A DNA stretch of 62,724 bases, filler included, from Hausera hauseri (taxonomy: Eukaryota), in assembly GCA_046269625.1 (NCBI GenBank). It is 11 parts of 11 records of this genome, joined end to end, with 100 filler letters (N's around TTAATTAATTAA, not from the genome) between each part and the next. Parts side by side here need not be neighbours in the genome. Positions count along the whole stretch, not along the records: positions 35,842 to 39,847 come from JBJURY010825194.1; positions 39,948 to 48,794 come from JBJURY010521013.1; positions 48,895 to 55,894 come from JBJURY010044776.1; 8 more parts are not named here. One strand, written 5' to 3'. The translations under genes were made by a program, and so were the position numbers. Shown here piece after piece: positions 39,006 to 52,067 of this stretch; within the stretch, counting starts at the first letter, position 1; each line of letters starts with the position of its first letter. Under the pieces are notes generated by a model. The model was given only the letters and a program-made list of their open reading frames with translations, did no database searches and had not been told where the DNA came from.

Positions 39006-39847
39006 TGGGTAGATGATGCTTGCTAACCGTAGTTAGCAGTCTGGAAGACGGGAGGGACCTTACCAACAGTGGATTCAAGTCTACATACGGAAGCAGGATG
39101 TGTATCATCAGTTTGAATGATGCTGCGATCCGGGAAAAACGGTCTGCAAGATATGTCATCTGATGCTAACTGTCGCATGTATTATTTTATGTTCTATTAT
39201 ATATTATGTGCATGAAATCCTTTATGTTTACTATGTGTTTTCTATGTACATTTTTTGTTGTTGCAATGTTATCTTAAGCTTTGTGTTTACTATATTTGCT
39301 ATGTTTTCTGTATTTTCTTTATATTTGTCAAATACATGTGTTATGTTATATGCGTGTGAATCTGTGGGCTGAATAGCTTGATTGCTGGAAAAAGGAATGG
39401 ACATTGTCAACATTGGATCAACATCTAGCCGGAGAGTACAAAGCCTGAAAGATAGATGCAACTTGTCAGCCCTTGGTCCAAATCTATGCAGAGATTCAGC
39501 AGTCTCGAGGACGGATGCGATAACGTCGACAACGATGCAAGTCCACACGGTGAGTGTACACTCTCATGTCTATTAAATGTGTGTATTGTCCACTGTTGTT
39601 GCCTTTTTGCATGTTATATATATATATAGGAATTAAACTTAATAAACCAAATCAAAAAATTATTAGACAACAACATACCGGTACCGGTAACATAAAAAGT
39701 AGGTCATAAAACAAAAATCACTAATACATGATAGTCACTAAAATAATAAATATAAACAGTAATAAAACGTAATAACAAAAAATATAATTATTAATAAAAT
39801 AGCTAATGTCACAAAGAACTATTATGATAAATACAGTGTATGTAAAA

Positions 39848-39947
39848 NNNNNNNNNNNNNNNNNNNNNNNNNNNNNNNNNNNNNNNNNNNNTTAATTAAT
39901 TAANNNNNNNNNNNNNNNNNNNNNNNNNNNNNNNNNNNNNNNNNNNN
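39848..39947. other. Artificial contig spacer
   Basis: N-TTAATTAATTAA-N. Confidence 0.99.
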
Positions 39948-40346
39948 ATAATTATTACAGCGTAGGATACTGATAAACAGTACTCTGTATTCATATACCT
40001 ATACTTGGCTACGTAATTCTTCAAACTATGAAGCTACATCTGGAAGACATATCCACCATAATGGGAACTTATCATTTAGCATATGTTGTACTTCTGGAGG
40101 TTTCTCTGGCTCAGTGGAATCTGATTGTAGGGGGTTCAAAACCACACAGTATTCCACTCATGATGGACTGGTCATCTGTTGTGAGTTTTAGTAGGGCCAT
40201 CGAAATGTTGGCAGCTCTTGAGAATGCCCTGACGCACCACAAGGTGTATGTGTCAATTTTATTTTTATTTTATCTGATATGTTGTACTTTTAAAGAAAAT
40301 GACAACTATTTTTGACCCTGTACAACTGTCATAATCACATTCTTAC

Positions 40347-40529
40347 CTTGCTGAGACCTGAATTCAGCTTCTCCCATTGTATGAGGCTGCATGAGCTCTC
40401 CTACTGGTGCTGAGATGGTTACAGAGAATGTCTTCTGCTCACTAGCCAACTGGAAAGCAGCAGGCTGAGTTGTATCATTAAAGTTGATCCCCATAAGGAC
40501 TGAAGTGCTGGCCCCAACACCAAGAGTAG
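40347..40529 (-). CDS. Exon of AP-3 complex beta subunit (C-terminal ear region)
   Basis: AG/GT-bounded exon MGINFNDTTQPAAFQL..FSVTISAPVGELMQP.TM.E.EF..QQG resembles AP3B MGIDF.DSTQ.A.FQL..PPVGELL.P..M.E..F.KEQG. Confidence 0.78.
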
Positions 40530-41021
40530 CTGTAAATTAAAATGTATACAGTACATCAGGGCTATTTAACAAACTCAGGGGACCACAGTTACTCAAAGCC
40601 AACATATCATTAGAAGAAAAATACAGTAAAAACTGACTCTGATACAGTAGTTTTATCAGATCCATTTTTTTATTCAGAAAGAGTTCTGTGCTAATTAATC
40701 TTATAATTCTCCGTGTGATCGGCAGCTAATTAAATCACCGATACATCAAAGCTCTTTGAGCCAGTTCCCAGAACCTGGCTCGCCTTTGCAGAGGCCTGAA
40801 CCTTGCAGAGCTGACAAATCTATCCACATTTGAGCTCATTAAATATTATGAACTCAATCTCTCCCTCTCTCCCAGTTCTCTCTTTACATCCCTATCTGTA
40901 TTTGTCTTTCTATCCGCCATCCTACAATATCCTCCCCTTCTTCAAAGCAGATGGAAAATAAAGTTGTATTCTCATCAATTGAACCAGTCTCAGTGGAAAT
41001 AATTTTTTCACTTCAACAATT

Positions 41022-41039
41022 TGGCGTTGTTGGCAGGAT
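41022..41039 (+). promoter_or_regulatory. Primer binding site, tRNA-Ser-like
   Basis: TGGCGTTGTTGGCAGGAT 3 nt after the LTR end CAACA; 2 mismatches to TGGCGTAGTCGGCAGGAT. Confidence 0.8.
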
Positions 41040-41590
41040 CCATCGCTGGTTCGTCCACTCGTTGGAGTCAGACCGGGGCTGATCACCCAAAAACCTGTCA
41101 CGGTATTTCCTCAACCTCCACCAGGCCAGTCTGTGAGTCGAGGACGGCTACTGCTCCATTGAGAGGACCGGCCGTGACTGAATCCGATACCGAAGAGACT
41201 GAGAGAAACAACTAACAAGGTAATTAAACCTTTCTACTAAATTGTAAGTCCTACAAAAAGGACTGAGTGTAAAAGCCCTATATTCGAGAAAAAAATAAAA
41301 ATAAAAAAAAGGGAAGGGCTGAGTTTAAATTGTAGGCCTTTGGCTAAAGGCTGAGTGTAGGTCCATATATTAGAGAAAAATAAATAAGAAGGACTGAGTT
41401 TAAATTGTAGGTTTTCGGCGTAAAACCGAGGGTAGGTCCTGTTGGAACTGAGTTATGACGTCATAATTGAAGTGTAGGTTTCAACATTAAAAAAGGACTG
41501 AGGTGGAGAAAATTTTTATTTCATAAAAATCTTCTCCAGCCCACCATAAAACACCACCATATATTTGGAATAAAATTACTTTGTTCTAAA

Positions 41591-43645
41591 ATGGGTGGTT
41601 ACCTTAGGAAACACGGAGATGACGATTATATACCTTTTGGGCCCATTATAGACCTTATGAGAGAAAAACACGGAGAGACATGCATTTCTTTTTTGCCACA
41701 ATGGCATAATAAATTAGGTTTTCCTAAAAATGGCAGTCTAGACCCGGCTGACATTCAAAATCTGGAGGAAAAACTAATGAGCCAAAAGCAGAAAATGTTA
41801 AAACATAACAAAATATCTCGCGACCAGCTGGTCACTGAGTGCACATGAGGATGCTTTTAGACCCTGCTTTTAGACTGTGGAAAAATATGTCTTTAATTCA
41901 GCAATCCAAGGTCCACACTATGATTCAGATAATAGGGAAAACAGATTCAAAAATACAAGCCTTAAAAGAAAAATTACCTGATGAAACTAATCCGTCTGTT
42001 TTTTCTTTTCCATCCCCCACACCCTCTCATGCTCGAGCCCCATCCAGGCCCTCGGCCCCTCCAGCGGCTCCTAGTCTGTACCCCTCTCTCACGGGACTAA
42101 GGCACGATCCTCCTCCACCCTACGAATCTCCCACCCCATCCAAACCATCTCAGCCAACACCTAAGCCACGAGGAGGGCCACTCAAAATCCTTTGGCAGTG
42201 TGAGGGAGATGATGATTACCAGAACTGTGGGGATACATCTGACCGCCCTCTTGGTCAGGTTCTGGCTGTTCCAGCTCTCCCACAACAGCAACCAGATCCG
42301 CCTGTTAATGAGCAGCCTGCCCCTTCCACCCCAGGGTGATATAGCTGCAGCTTCAGGCTCCACAGTTCACTCAGATCCACCATCTTCCAACCTCAGAAGC
42401 AAAAAGGTAAAAACCCATGAAGAGTATGAAACTGAACTAAAAAACAAAGAAGCAGAACTAATTGCCCTTCAGAAAGAAGTAGCTAAAGTAGAGGCAAAGA
42501 GAAAAAGAAAACAAAAATCCAAACAAGACCAAGAAGAAAGGCTAAAGCAAGAAGAGGCTGTTGCCTGCCAGCTCCTGAAAGACCTTCTTCTGACCAAGAT
42601 CCCACCCCCATCAGACACTGCCCAAACTCCCCAGCTCCCCGTCGACACCCCACCTGAGGACACCCTCAGTTGTCCCATGGTTGAGGTAGGGGGCCCGCAG
42701 GGTGCACAACTAGTCCTCCGCACCTGGACCCGTATCGAACTGGTAGACATGGCGAAATCCTTCCTACCTGTAGTAGAACAGGGGGGCACAGAAATTGCAA
42801 AAGCCCTGGACACAATGTGCCACACCATGCGCCCCAGCACTGATGAACTGAGGGTTATCTTTGGGTCTGTTTACGGGGTGGGGTTCCTGTCAACTTTGGG
42901 CAACGTTTTTGGGGACGACAATCTTGTCCTTAGAAACATTGATCTAACTCACGCCTCAAATGATGCTTACAAAACAGTTCTCACCGCCATTAAAACCGCT
43001 CTAACTGACAAAATAAAAAAATGCCCCAAAATGAATTTAGTCAAAGTCTGTAAATACCAACTTGGTGATGTCCCCGCTGAATACTATGCCAGACTGAAGA
43101 AACTCTTCGACGTCCATGCTGGTCTGACTGAGCCTAGAAATGAATGGCTAACAGATGCTGACCCTGATCCCTATGAAAGTCTCCTAGCCCAATGTTTCAT
43201 GGATGGTCTGCCACCAACTCTTCAAGCTGCTGTAAAACTCACCTACACCGGCTGGGATGACGGCCTTCGCATGAAAAAGCTCCTTAAACACACAAAACAC
43301 GCTGTGGCCACCCAATCCCTCGCCAAAGAAGAAGCTGAAACAAAAAAGAGCTGCCTCCAGGAAGAAGCCCAGCTGACCCTGGTCCAAGCAGCTTCCACTT
43401 TCTATCAAAATGACCAGGGCAGGAGCCAAGGCCAAGATGACGCCTGTTTTATCTGTGGAGCTGATGACCACTGGTCCAGAAACTGTCCTGATCGCCGTCC
43501 CAGTCGCGGCCGAAGAGGCCGAGGGGGACCACCCAGAGGCCGTAGCTACAACAATAACAACCAGGGCTACAGAGGACAAAAGGGAGGATCCTTTCGTGGG
43601 GGTAAGAGGGGAGGTGTGCCCCCTTTTAGAGGTCAATCTTCATGA
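41591..43645 (+). pseudogene. gag: ERV gag, two frameshifts (about 41840 and 42330)
   Basis: MG myristoylation start, PSAP/LYPSL/PPPY late domains, CFICGADDHWSRNC Zn knuckle, RG-rich tail. Confidence 0.9.
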
Positions 43646-46600
43646 CTACAGCCGCTGGACGGACTCCAAGGACTCCAGCCCCTGATGAGTATCGAAATAC
43701 ACCCACCTAACACATGTTACTTACAATATTCATCCTCTGCTCATTTAAAGCTCCCTATGCTAACTGTACAAGTTCAAAACACACCCATTGATTTTCTTGT
43801 AGACTCAGGAGCCACTCAATCTCTCATTAAACATTCTTGTTTACCTGGAGCACCCCTCTGTGGTCGTACAGTCCACTCCACAGGTGCTTCAGGGGAAACT
43901 GTTCCTGAGCCAGTAACTTCACCACTCTCTTTAACAGACCATTTTTAAAGAAAATCAGACCACACCCCCCAGATGAGTGGCAGTTTGTCCAAGATCTCAG
44001 AGCTGTTAATGCTGCTGTACAACCCCGTGCTCCCATTGTCCCCAATCCTTATACTATCTTAACTCAAATACCTTCTTCTAGCACTTGGTTTACAGTTATT
44101 GATCTAGCTAATGCTTTTTTCAGCATCCCTATGCACCCTGACAGCCAGTTCTGGTTTGCTTTCGAGTTTAAAGGCAAGTCTTATACATTCACTCGCCTGT
44201 GTCAGGGATACTGTGAATCTCCTACCATTTTTCACCAGGCTTTGAATGATAACCTTGCTTCTTTTTTCCTGCCTGCAGGATCTGCTCTGCTCCAATATGT
44301 TGATGATCTCCTCCTTGCTGCACCCTCCAAGGATGAGTGCATCACCCAGTTTTTCCGTCTTCTCTCCTTCCTAGCTGAAAATGGTCATAAAGCATCAAAA
44401 TAATAAATAATAATAATAAATAAGCTCCAATTTGTCCAACCAACTGTTACATTTCTGGGTCACGTCATCTCCAAAGAGGGAAGGGCCATAGCTCAACCTC
44501 GTGTTGACGCTATTGTTTCACTGCCTCTTCCCAAAACTAAAAAACAACTTATGTCTTTCCTAGGTCTGTGTGGGTATTGTAGGCATTTCATTCCATGTTA
44601 TGCTGAGTTAGAAACCCCATTAAGAGAAGTATGTCATGACAAGGGGTTACAAATGAGCTCACATGTCAACTGGACTGCAGCTGCCATAAAAGCCTTCGAA
44701 GCGCTCAAAATTCAATTACAAAAAGCACCCACTCTTGGTATTCCAGATCCAACTCGTCCTTTTGTGCAGACGGTGGATGAGAAGTGCGGTTGCATGACTT
44801 CTGTTTTGCTCCAAAAACATGGCGACAGATTGAGACCAGTTGCTTATTTTAGTTCTAAATTGGATCCTGTTGCAGCTGGCCTGCCCCACTGCCTTAGAGC
44901 CGTGGCGGCCGCGGATAAGGCTGTAACAGCATCCCGAGACATTGTGGGTTATTCTGATCTGACCCTCCTCGTTCCCCACGCTGTCACCCTCATCCTCAAC
45001 GAACAGAAAACCGCTCATTTATCTACTGCTCGTTGGTTGAGGTATCATGCTAGCTTATTAGACATGCCTAACATCACCATCCAGCGCTGTAATGTTCTTA
45101 ACCCTGCCTCTTTGCTCCCAACACCTGAGGACGGCCAACCTCATGACTGTGTTGCTGAACTTGACGTCATCTGCTCACCTAGACCTGATCTACAACAACA
45201 TCCCCTTGTCTCTCCAGACTGGGAACTCTTTGTAGATGGCTCCGCCTCTCGTGACCCCCACACTGGCTCCGCCCTGTGTGGCTATGCTGTTGTGACAGCT
45301 TCTGAGGTCATTGAAGCCCACCCCCTGTCCTCTTGTTCCGCCCAAGCCTGTGAACTTATCGCCCTGACTCAGGCCTGCATTTTGTCTTCTGAAAAATCTG
45401 TAAATATTTACACTGACTCTCGTTATGCTTTTGGTGTTGTTCATGATTTTGGTGCCTTATGGAAACACAGACGTTTCCTTCGGTCAGATGGCCCATTTTA
45501 AATCACCTTCTAGTCTGACCTCTTAGAGGCCATTATGCTCCCGTCCCAAATTGCTGTTATAAAATGTTCTGCCCACACATCTTCTATAGATCCTGTTTCT
45601 TTAGGAAATGCATTTGCTGACTCTACAGCTAAATCTGCCGCCCGACTGACCACTGACCTACTCTTACCACTACTACCCTCTGACCCACCTCTCTCATTAT
45701 CTGATTACAGAAGTTCTCCACTCCTGCTGAACGCTCCTCCTGGAAATCCTGTGGCTCCTCCTTCACTGACTCCATCTGGATTGGCCCTAATGGTAATCCA
45801 TAAACAATTTTTTTCCCAGCTTTCGCCGTTTTGACACACGGTCCTGACCATGTGTCAAAGGGAGGAATGCTGAGGGTCATTGATAAACACTGGTTCACCA
45901 TAAATCTTTCAAAAACAGCAAAATCCTTCTGTGACTCCTGCTTAACATGTGCTACACACAACATAAGCAGAGGTCAGAAATTAACAACACAAGGAGCACA
46001 TAAGCCCACCTGTGTTCCTTTCCAACACCTAATGATTGATTTTATAGAAATGACCCCAGTGGAAAATAAAAAGTATTGTCTAGTTATGGTTGACATGCCA
46101 AAGCAGTTGCTAAATGTCTGCTCACAGATGTAATCAGCAGATGGGGTATTCCCCGCCGAATCAGCAGTGACAATGGACCCCACTTTGCAAATCAGATAAT
46201 GACTGAAGTCTCCCAACTACTAGACATTGATCTAGCAAAACACTGTGCCTACCACCCTCAGAGTGGTGGTGCAGTAGAGCGTGAAAATGGAACATTAAAA
46301 CTGAAACTAAACAAAATTTGTTCCCACACAGGTCTCAACTGGGTCCAAGCCCTGCCTATTGCTCTCATGTCCATGAGAATGAGGGAAAGAGCCAAACATA
46401 ACCTTTCACCTTTTGAAATCCTTTTTGCAGGACCGCCCAACCTTGGTCTGGGCCCACCAAAAGACCCTCACAGCTGTCTCACCACATGTGATGACAAAAT
46501 GCTCCAATACTGCATTGAACTAACAAAATCTTTGACTTCTCTCAGGAAAAATGTTCAAGGAGGACAACCTGGACCAGCACAAGAATCGTTGCATTCTATA

Positions 46601-46760
46601 CAGCCTGGAGATTTTGTTATGCTTAAAAATTTCAGGAGAAAGCGGTGGAACAGTCCAAGGTCCCTTCCAGGTCCACCCACACCGCTGTGAAGGTCGCTGA
46701 ATGAGCCACTTGGGTCCACGCCTCCCACTGCAAAAAAGTTCGGGACCAGCCCACCATCAT
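43646..46760 (+). pseudogene. pol: ERV pro-pol (protease, RT, RNase H, integrase), defective
   Basis: FLVDSGA; VQDLRAVN, YVDD; FVDGS, IYTDSRYAF; H..H..C..C, SDNGPHF, HPQSGGAVEREN. Deletion at about 43945; (TAA)n insert at about 44400. Confidence 0.93.
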
Positions 46761-47561
46761 CCGGCCCGGGAGGACCAGACAAACCACCAGCATCCTAGAA
46801 CCCCTAGGCTGCCACCTACAGCTCACTCAGTGTCTCAGGACAGCTGAGGCTGCATTTCCTCAAACAAGATCAGAGAAGACAACTCCACATAATGCCTGGT
46901 GCCAACACCAGGACCCCCAGATGGGTACAACACTCCATACTATATTACATTTTCACATTAATAGCCATATTGATATTTCTGTTTTCATGGTATTCACACC
47001 CCTCTCAGAAACCCCTTTTCAGCCCTAACACAACCTCAGATGACCCCTATCTGAGGACGAAGATGCCTTTGTTCTCACACGCCCCAAAACCCTCAGCTCA
47101 AAGTTGTAAAGGCCATTCATTATTTTTATCCTTATCTTAACAAGGGTTGTTAGCTATTTCTGTATCTTTTCATTATGATGTTTTTGAGTGTCTTTTCTTT
47201 TATGATTTAGACAGCCCTGTCTGTCTCTTGCAGATGTTTTTTTATTTTATTTTATTTTTATTATTATTTTGTTGTTTGATTCTTCCCTTATTTGAAGAAT
47301 TTTTGGTGTCTGTCTATTTTTTCGTGTTTTTAACTTACATTTGTTCTTTTTGTCTGCAGTTCATTTCTTGCCCCTCCGACCATGCATTTTGCCACTGCTG
47401 GAGTAGGCCCAGGGTGATGTGTCTGTTTTCCTCCACTACAATTCAAACACAGCCTACAGATGGAGGTTTTTCCAGAACATATGGTCATCTTATGGACGGC
47501 GGCATTTGTGATATTTTATTTTCTATTTTTAATTGTTCCATTAGGAACAAAAGGGAGGAAT

Positions 47562-48028
47562 TGTGAAATAAAATATGTATTAAATAAGACTCAATGCATT
47601 TACATTAGATTAAGCAGTTTCATTAGTTATTTGTGTCATCAGATGCTGTTGCACACAGTGTAAGTTTGTTTTACAAGGTTGCAGCAAAACATGAGTTTTT
47701 GTAGATAGGCTTAACAAAACGCCCTTGATGGGAGTCTGGGAAGAGGCGACAAAGTTATCCAAGGAGCATAACGAAACAACTGTGGTATTTGATAGAAATT
47801 GTTTCCCAGAGAAACTAAAATGTGCAACGTCCACGCAACCATGAAAGAATGTAGACGCAACCCTGTGTGTCTGTGAAGAACTGTATAAAAGATGTAACTG
47901 TGTACTGCTTACTCAGAGCTCACCCGGACTGCCCGGGTGCGTCTCTCCATCTGCGCAGATGAAAAATAAAAACTTGTTTCTCTTCAATTTTAAACAGTCT
48001 CAGTGGAAATAATTTTTTCACCTCAACA
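47562..48028 (+). repeat. ERV 3' LTR
   Basis: PPT AAAAGGGAGGAA then TG..CA; TATAAAA at 47884, AATAAA at about 47965; the last ~75 nt match 40947-41018. Confidence 0.88.
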
Positions 48029-48794
48029 ATTGTTATTAAAGACGAGGATGTTGATCCAGTTAGTCTGCTTCAGGAGGTCCAACCTGATCTGGTTTCAGCT
48101 CAGAACATTTATGAAAACAGTTTGTGTTTGTGAGAAGAATGTGTCCAGATGTTTGCAGCAGCAGAGGACACATTCATGTCAGCTCCCACTGAAAACAACA
48201 TGTTGCAGATGAAATCACAACAAGAGCTGCTGCAGAGAAACACCAGCTCCTCCTGACCCGGGAAGGAGAAGCAGGAGAAGAAACTGGAGGAAATCAATGA
48301 AATAAATAAAATAATTAGATGTTTAGATCAGGAGAAGAGAAAAGAGGAGGAGGAGGAAGATGAAAAGTCTGACAGACAGATGAAGAAGAGTTCTTACAGT
48401 TTGTTCAAGTTTAAAAAGAACTCTTGTCATAAAAAATAATGTTTTGTTTCCATCAGCTGCCTCACTAAGCTAACATGTCACATGACTGAATTAATTTAAC
48501 TTCAGCTTCAAAATAAGAAAAACAAATCAGCCGATGAACGTCTGCTGATCACTTCCTGTTTCAGTTCAGTGGTTCATAAGATATTTTGCTAACACACAGG
48601 AAAACCCTCATCTTTCACTTTAAACAGCTGCTGCCTCTCATTTAGAGCAAACCACACAAAATGATTTGAAACATTATTTTATCTGAGTTTTGATTTTCCA
48701 GGTGAAAATGTAAAATCTGTTGAAATCTGAGCCGTCTTCTGGCAGCCATGTTTTTATTTTCTGTTTGTTCGCTGCGTTTACAGCTGAGCCCAAT

Positions 48795-48894
48795 NNNNNN
48801 NNNNNNNNNNNNNNNNNNNNNNNNNNNNNNNNNNNNNNTTAATTAATTAANNNNNNNNNNNNNNNNNNNNNNNNNNNNNNNNNNNNNNNNNNNN
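48795..48894. other. Artificial contig spacer
   Basis: N-TTAATTAATTAA-N. Confidence 0.99.
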
Positions 48895-49122
48895 CAAGAT
48901 TTCTAATTTTATTTACATTTTTCTTCATTAAATTTTGATTGTTTAAATTAAGTTTATTTTTACAAATTTCGTCATCTTTAAATGCACAGTTATTGAAATA
49001 AATTATTTACAAAATATTCAAGGTATGATTGACAATTTCGCGAGAATTAAATAAATTCTAAATATATCAGCTGAGTAATTTCTAAATTAAGCCGCACTAT
49101 TAATCGACATAGTCCATTGCAG

Positions 49123-49938
49123 TTATATTTCTCCTCCCTGAGCGGCATCCTCGAAGGAGCCTATTGCGTCAGAAGAGGTGGCGCCAAATGTTCTTGGTTG
49201 CCTTAATCGATTCGTTCTTTCTCGCAAATCAGTTTGGGAATCTGGTTGATCTTTACTTCTTATGGGGCTCGTCTCTAGGTCATAACTATGGTAGGGCTTA
49301 ATGCGAAAAACTCGGGTGTAACTCCCGTCGGAGTAATACTTTAATTCCGTTGCCTCTGCTCGGCACACCGGACATGTTGTTTTTCCATTGTCTAGTGTCC
49401 ACTTGTCCAAACAGTCTCGACGATACTTATGACGGCAAATTTTGTTGTCCAGTACCACATAGCCTTGGTTTAAGTTGGCATGGCACACAGGGCATTCATT
49501 ATCCTCCTTATCCCAATCATCTCTATCTAAATCAACCTGGATTGTCAATTCAATGGGATCGAATATAAGGCCATCCTCGTCGTTATAAAGGTATCCATGA
49601 ATTACCTTCTGCTTAGGATTAATGGAGTTCTTCCGTGGGTCACAGCTTACTTGTATTAGGGTCCAATCTGCCACGAGGTCTCGGTCTAAGTCTAGAATCC
49701 TTCCTTCTATTTGATATCTTTGATATTGCTTCTTTAGTAATATCCGGATTTGCTTATCTACTGGGACTATTATTTTTCCTGTCCTTTTTGAGCGGAAGAC
49801 TGAGGTAAGGTAGTTTCCTAACTTAGGGTTTTCCCAAACATATGTATTTTCGAAAACTTCTCTCGCTGGGGCAACTTTTATGTAAAACATGGCTTCTTTG
49901 ACCATCTTCTTACTACAATATTCTGTAGTTATAAGCAT
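49123..49938 (-). CDS. RING-finger protein ORF inside an LTR element (RING at 49360-49494)
   Basis: CPVC-x15-CRH-x5-CLDKW-x8-CPVCR, a RING-H2-like pattern with the fifth ligand replaced by R. Confidence 0.8.
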   Translation of the reverse strand: MLITTEYCSKKMVKEAMFYIKVAPAREVFENTYVWENPKLGNYLTSVFRSKRTGKIIVPVDKQIRILLKKQYQRYQIEGRILDLDRDLVADWTLIQVSCDPRKNSINPKQKVIHGYLYNDEDGLIFDPIELTIQVDLDRDDWDKEDNECPVCHANLNQGYVVLDNKICRHKYRRDCLDKWTLDNGKTTCPVCRAEATELKYYSDGSYTRVFRIKPYHSYDLETSPIRSKDQPDSQTDLRERTNRLRQPRTFGATSSDAIGSFEDAAQGGEI

Positions 49939-49960
49939 TCTTGGTGAGTCCTGAGCCGTT

Positions 49961-52067
49961 TTACATTGGACGATTTTTTTTAATTTTCTTCCCTAAAAGG
50001 ACATTAACTTCGATTATCATGGGTTCAATAACTTTCTTTTCTACAGATTTTACCTTCTGGGAGGTACTTGGTTCAGTTTGTTGGTTTTCTTCCTTTGGCT
50101 TCTTGCTTTTTCCCTCTTTCTTAAATAAGTAATTATAAATGGATAGCGTTTTCTTGGGTTGGGACTTTTCTTCTAATTTCTGTCTCTTTATTATTTTTTC
50201 CGGCCTCAACTCTTCTTTGTGTTTCTCTGGTGACTTTGATGTTCTATCTGGTGTTTCATTTTCTTTTTTGATCGTCTGTAATTCCGTTTTATTTTATTCT
50301 TGTCCTTCCATAGGTTTTTGTACTGTGATAATAAGGCTATGCTTGCCAGTTGGCTGGACGGTTCTGATCGAAGAGTAGGGTTTGATATTCTTTCTATATT
50401 TAATATATATTTCTTCGGGCTTTAGGGAACTGCGTAAATTGTATGTGGGGTTTCTAGGAGCCCATTCGTGTTCCCACTTTAACGATTTACACATTTCTTG
50501 CAAATATTTGGAGCGTTGGCTAGCCGTTAGAAGTCTTGGAATTCTACTCGAGTCATTGCTCATTGCATCGATCATTAACTTGAAGAAGGCTTCTGGAGCG
50601 GTTGGTCAATTTCTTCCTTGTACGGTTTTCTCCATTCGTTCTTGGATTATTGGGTGGGTGGCCATTTCCCTAAGTCCGGCAATATTTGCATAGGATATTT
50701 CTAGTAACTCAATTGATCGTTGCACATTATATCCTGTCAGCATACAACCGTAAAGACAATGATCCAACTCGGACTTGCTTAATGCTTTTCCTCTTATGAG
50801 CTGCTCTCTTCTTAATTGGTGTCTCATTATATGCTCGACCATAGCGAATTCTGTCAGTCTTTCATTTATTATTCCTGCTATGGAAGGTAACAAGTCTATC
50901 CACTTCCTTATTTGTTTAGATATTGCTGGTTTAGCGTAGATTATTTCGTTTAATGTCTCAGTAGCTTCTTTTAGTTCGTGATCTGGCCCTCGTACAAATT
51001 CTATGATATGTTTCACGTAGTTGAATTCTTCCTTATACTCATCTAATTCAAGAAGACAAGCACGTATTATTCTCTGTGCTTCTGCCTTTTCAGGATGGAC
51101 TACACCGATTTTTAAGTCGTTAATTTCGATTCGTATTTTGTTTTCTCTTTCAATGCGTATTTTCAAATCCGGGTATTGTCGAGGATTATGCTTTATCAGG
51201 CTACACATTGCTATTAAAGGGGGAATATCGATTTGGTCTATACCCAATATCTCTAGGTCGGCATTAGTCAGTTCATATACCGGCTTGTTATGAAGATAAG
51301 AAATTATCGCCTCTTCGATCTCATACATCAATCTTTCTAAATTACGTCTTACGAGTTTCAGTTTTGGGTTGTCTTTTAGTGCGTTTAATAGTCCTTGCGC
51401 TTGATTCATTTGATCGAGGAATGGCTCATTCTATTCCACCATATTTTCGTAAAATCGATCGCACTCCTTGTCCACAGTTCTAATTTATTTTTCCAACTCT
51501 CTATCAAGTCTTGTGGCGTTTCTTGAAGTTCGTAAGGTGTTTTTTCTTTCTGTTTGTGAGGGCCGGGTTGGAGCTTTTTATATAGTTTTTCTATGAATTG
51601 TTGTTCTTTTCCGGAGATATCCAACTGTTTGCTCATCTTCTAAAGTTTTTGCAGGCTCTCCTGTAGCCTTTCTGGGTCATTCAGTGCGTCAATTATTTTG
51701 GTTAGTTCGTTTGCATTTTTCCAAGATTTTCTAATCCCCCCAAACTTAACAGGTTTTTCCTCTTCTGATTCCTCTTCGCTAGGTGGTAATGGACATACTT
51801 CATTAATTTCATCAATATTTGAAATATTTGTTGTTTCCGGAACGCCTTGGGTTAGAACGGGAGTATTTAACTCCGTTTCATCTCTTAAAGTGATGATAAA
51901 GTCGTCATCTTTTTCTAAATTCTTTTAATAGGGGATCTTGAACGAGTTCCCGACCTTCTCCTAAATGAAGGGCTTCTACCCCTATTTTTGGTTATCTTGA
52001 GTATTAGTGGGCCAATGAATTCGCTCGCAACCTCGTCTGTTATTTTATCCTCATTTCGCGACGCGGC
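49961..52067 (-). pseudogene. Run of co-oriented ORFs of unknown function between gag and the RING ORF
   Basis: ORFs 51406-51636, 50606-51409, 50294-50575 and 49961-50209 abut or overlap, like a frameshifted long ORF; no PR/RT/IN motifs. Confidence 0.55.

Larger units (their letters stand above)
35842..39847. repeat. Long tandem repeat: units start at 35842, 37909 and 39635 (2067-bp form and 1726-bp deletion form)
   Basis: Near-identical ORFs offset by 1726 (e.g. 36671/38397, 37245/38971); unit 2 lacks about 340 bp, whose start reappears in the partial unit 3. Confidence 0.95.
40947..48028 (+). mobile_element. Fish-type (gamma/epsilon-like) endogenous retrovirus: U5 remnant, PBS, gag, pro-pol, env remnant, 3' LTR
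   Basis: Gene order and motifs listed below; defective. Confidence 0.93.

Noticed and set aside
44398-44423. (TAA)n run inside ERV RT as a recoding signal
   Set aside because: Simple microsatellite expansion in a dead pol
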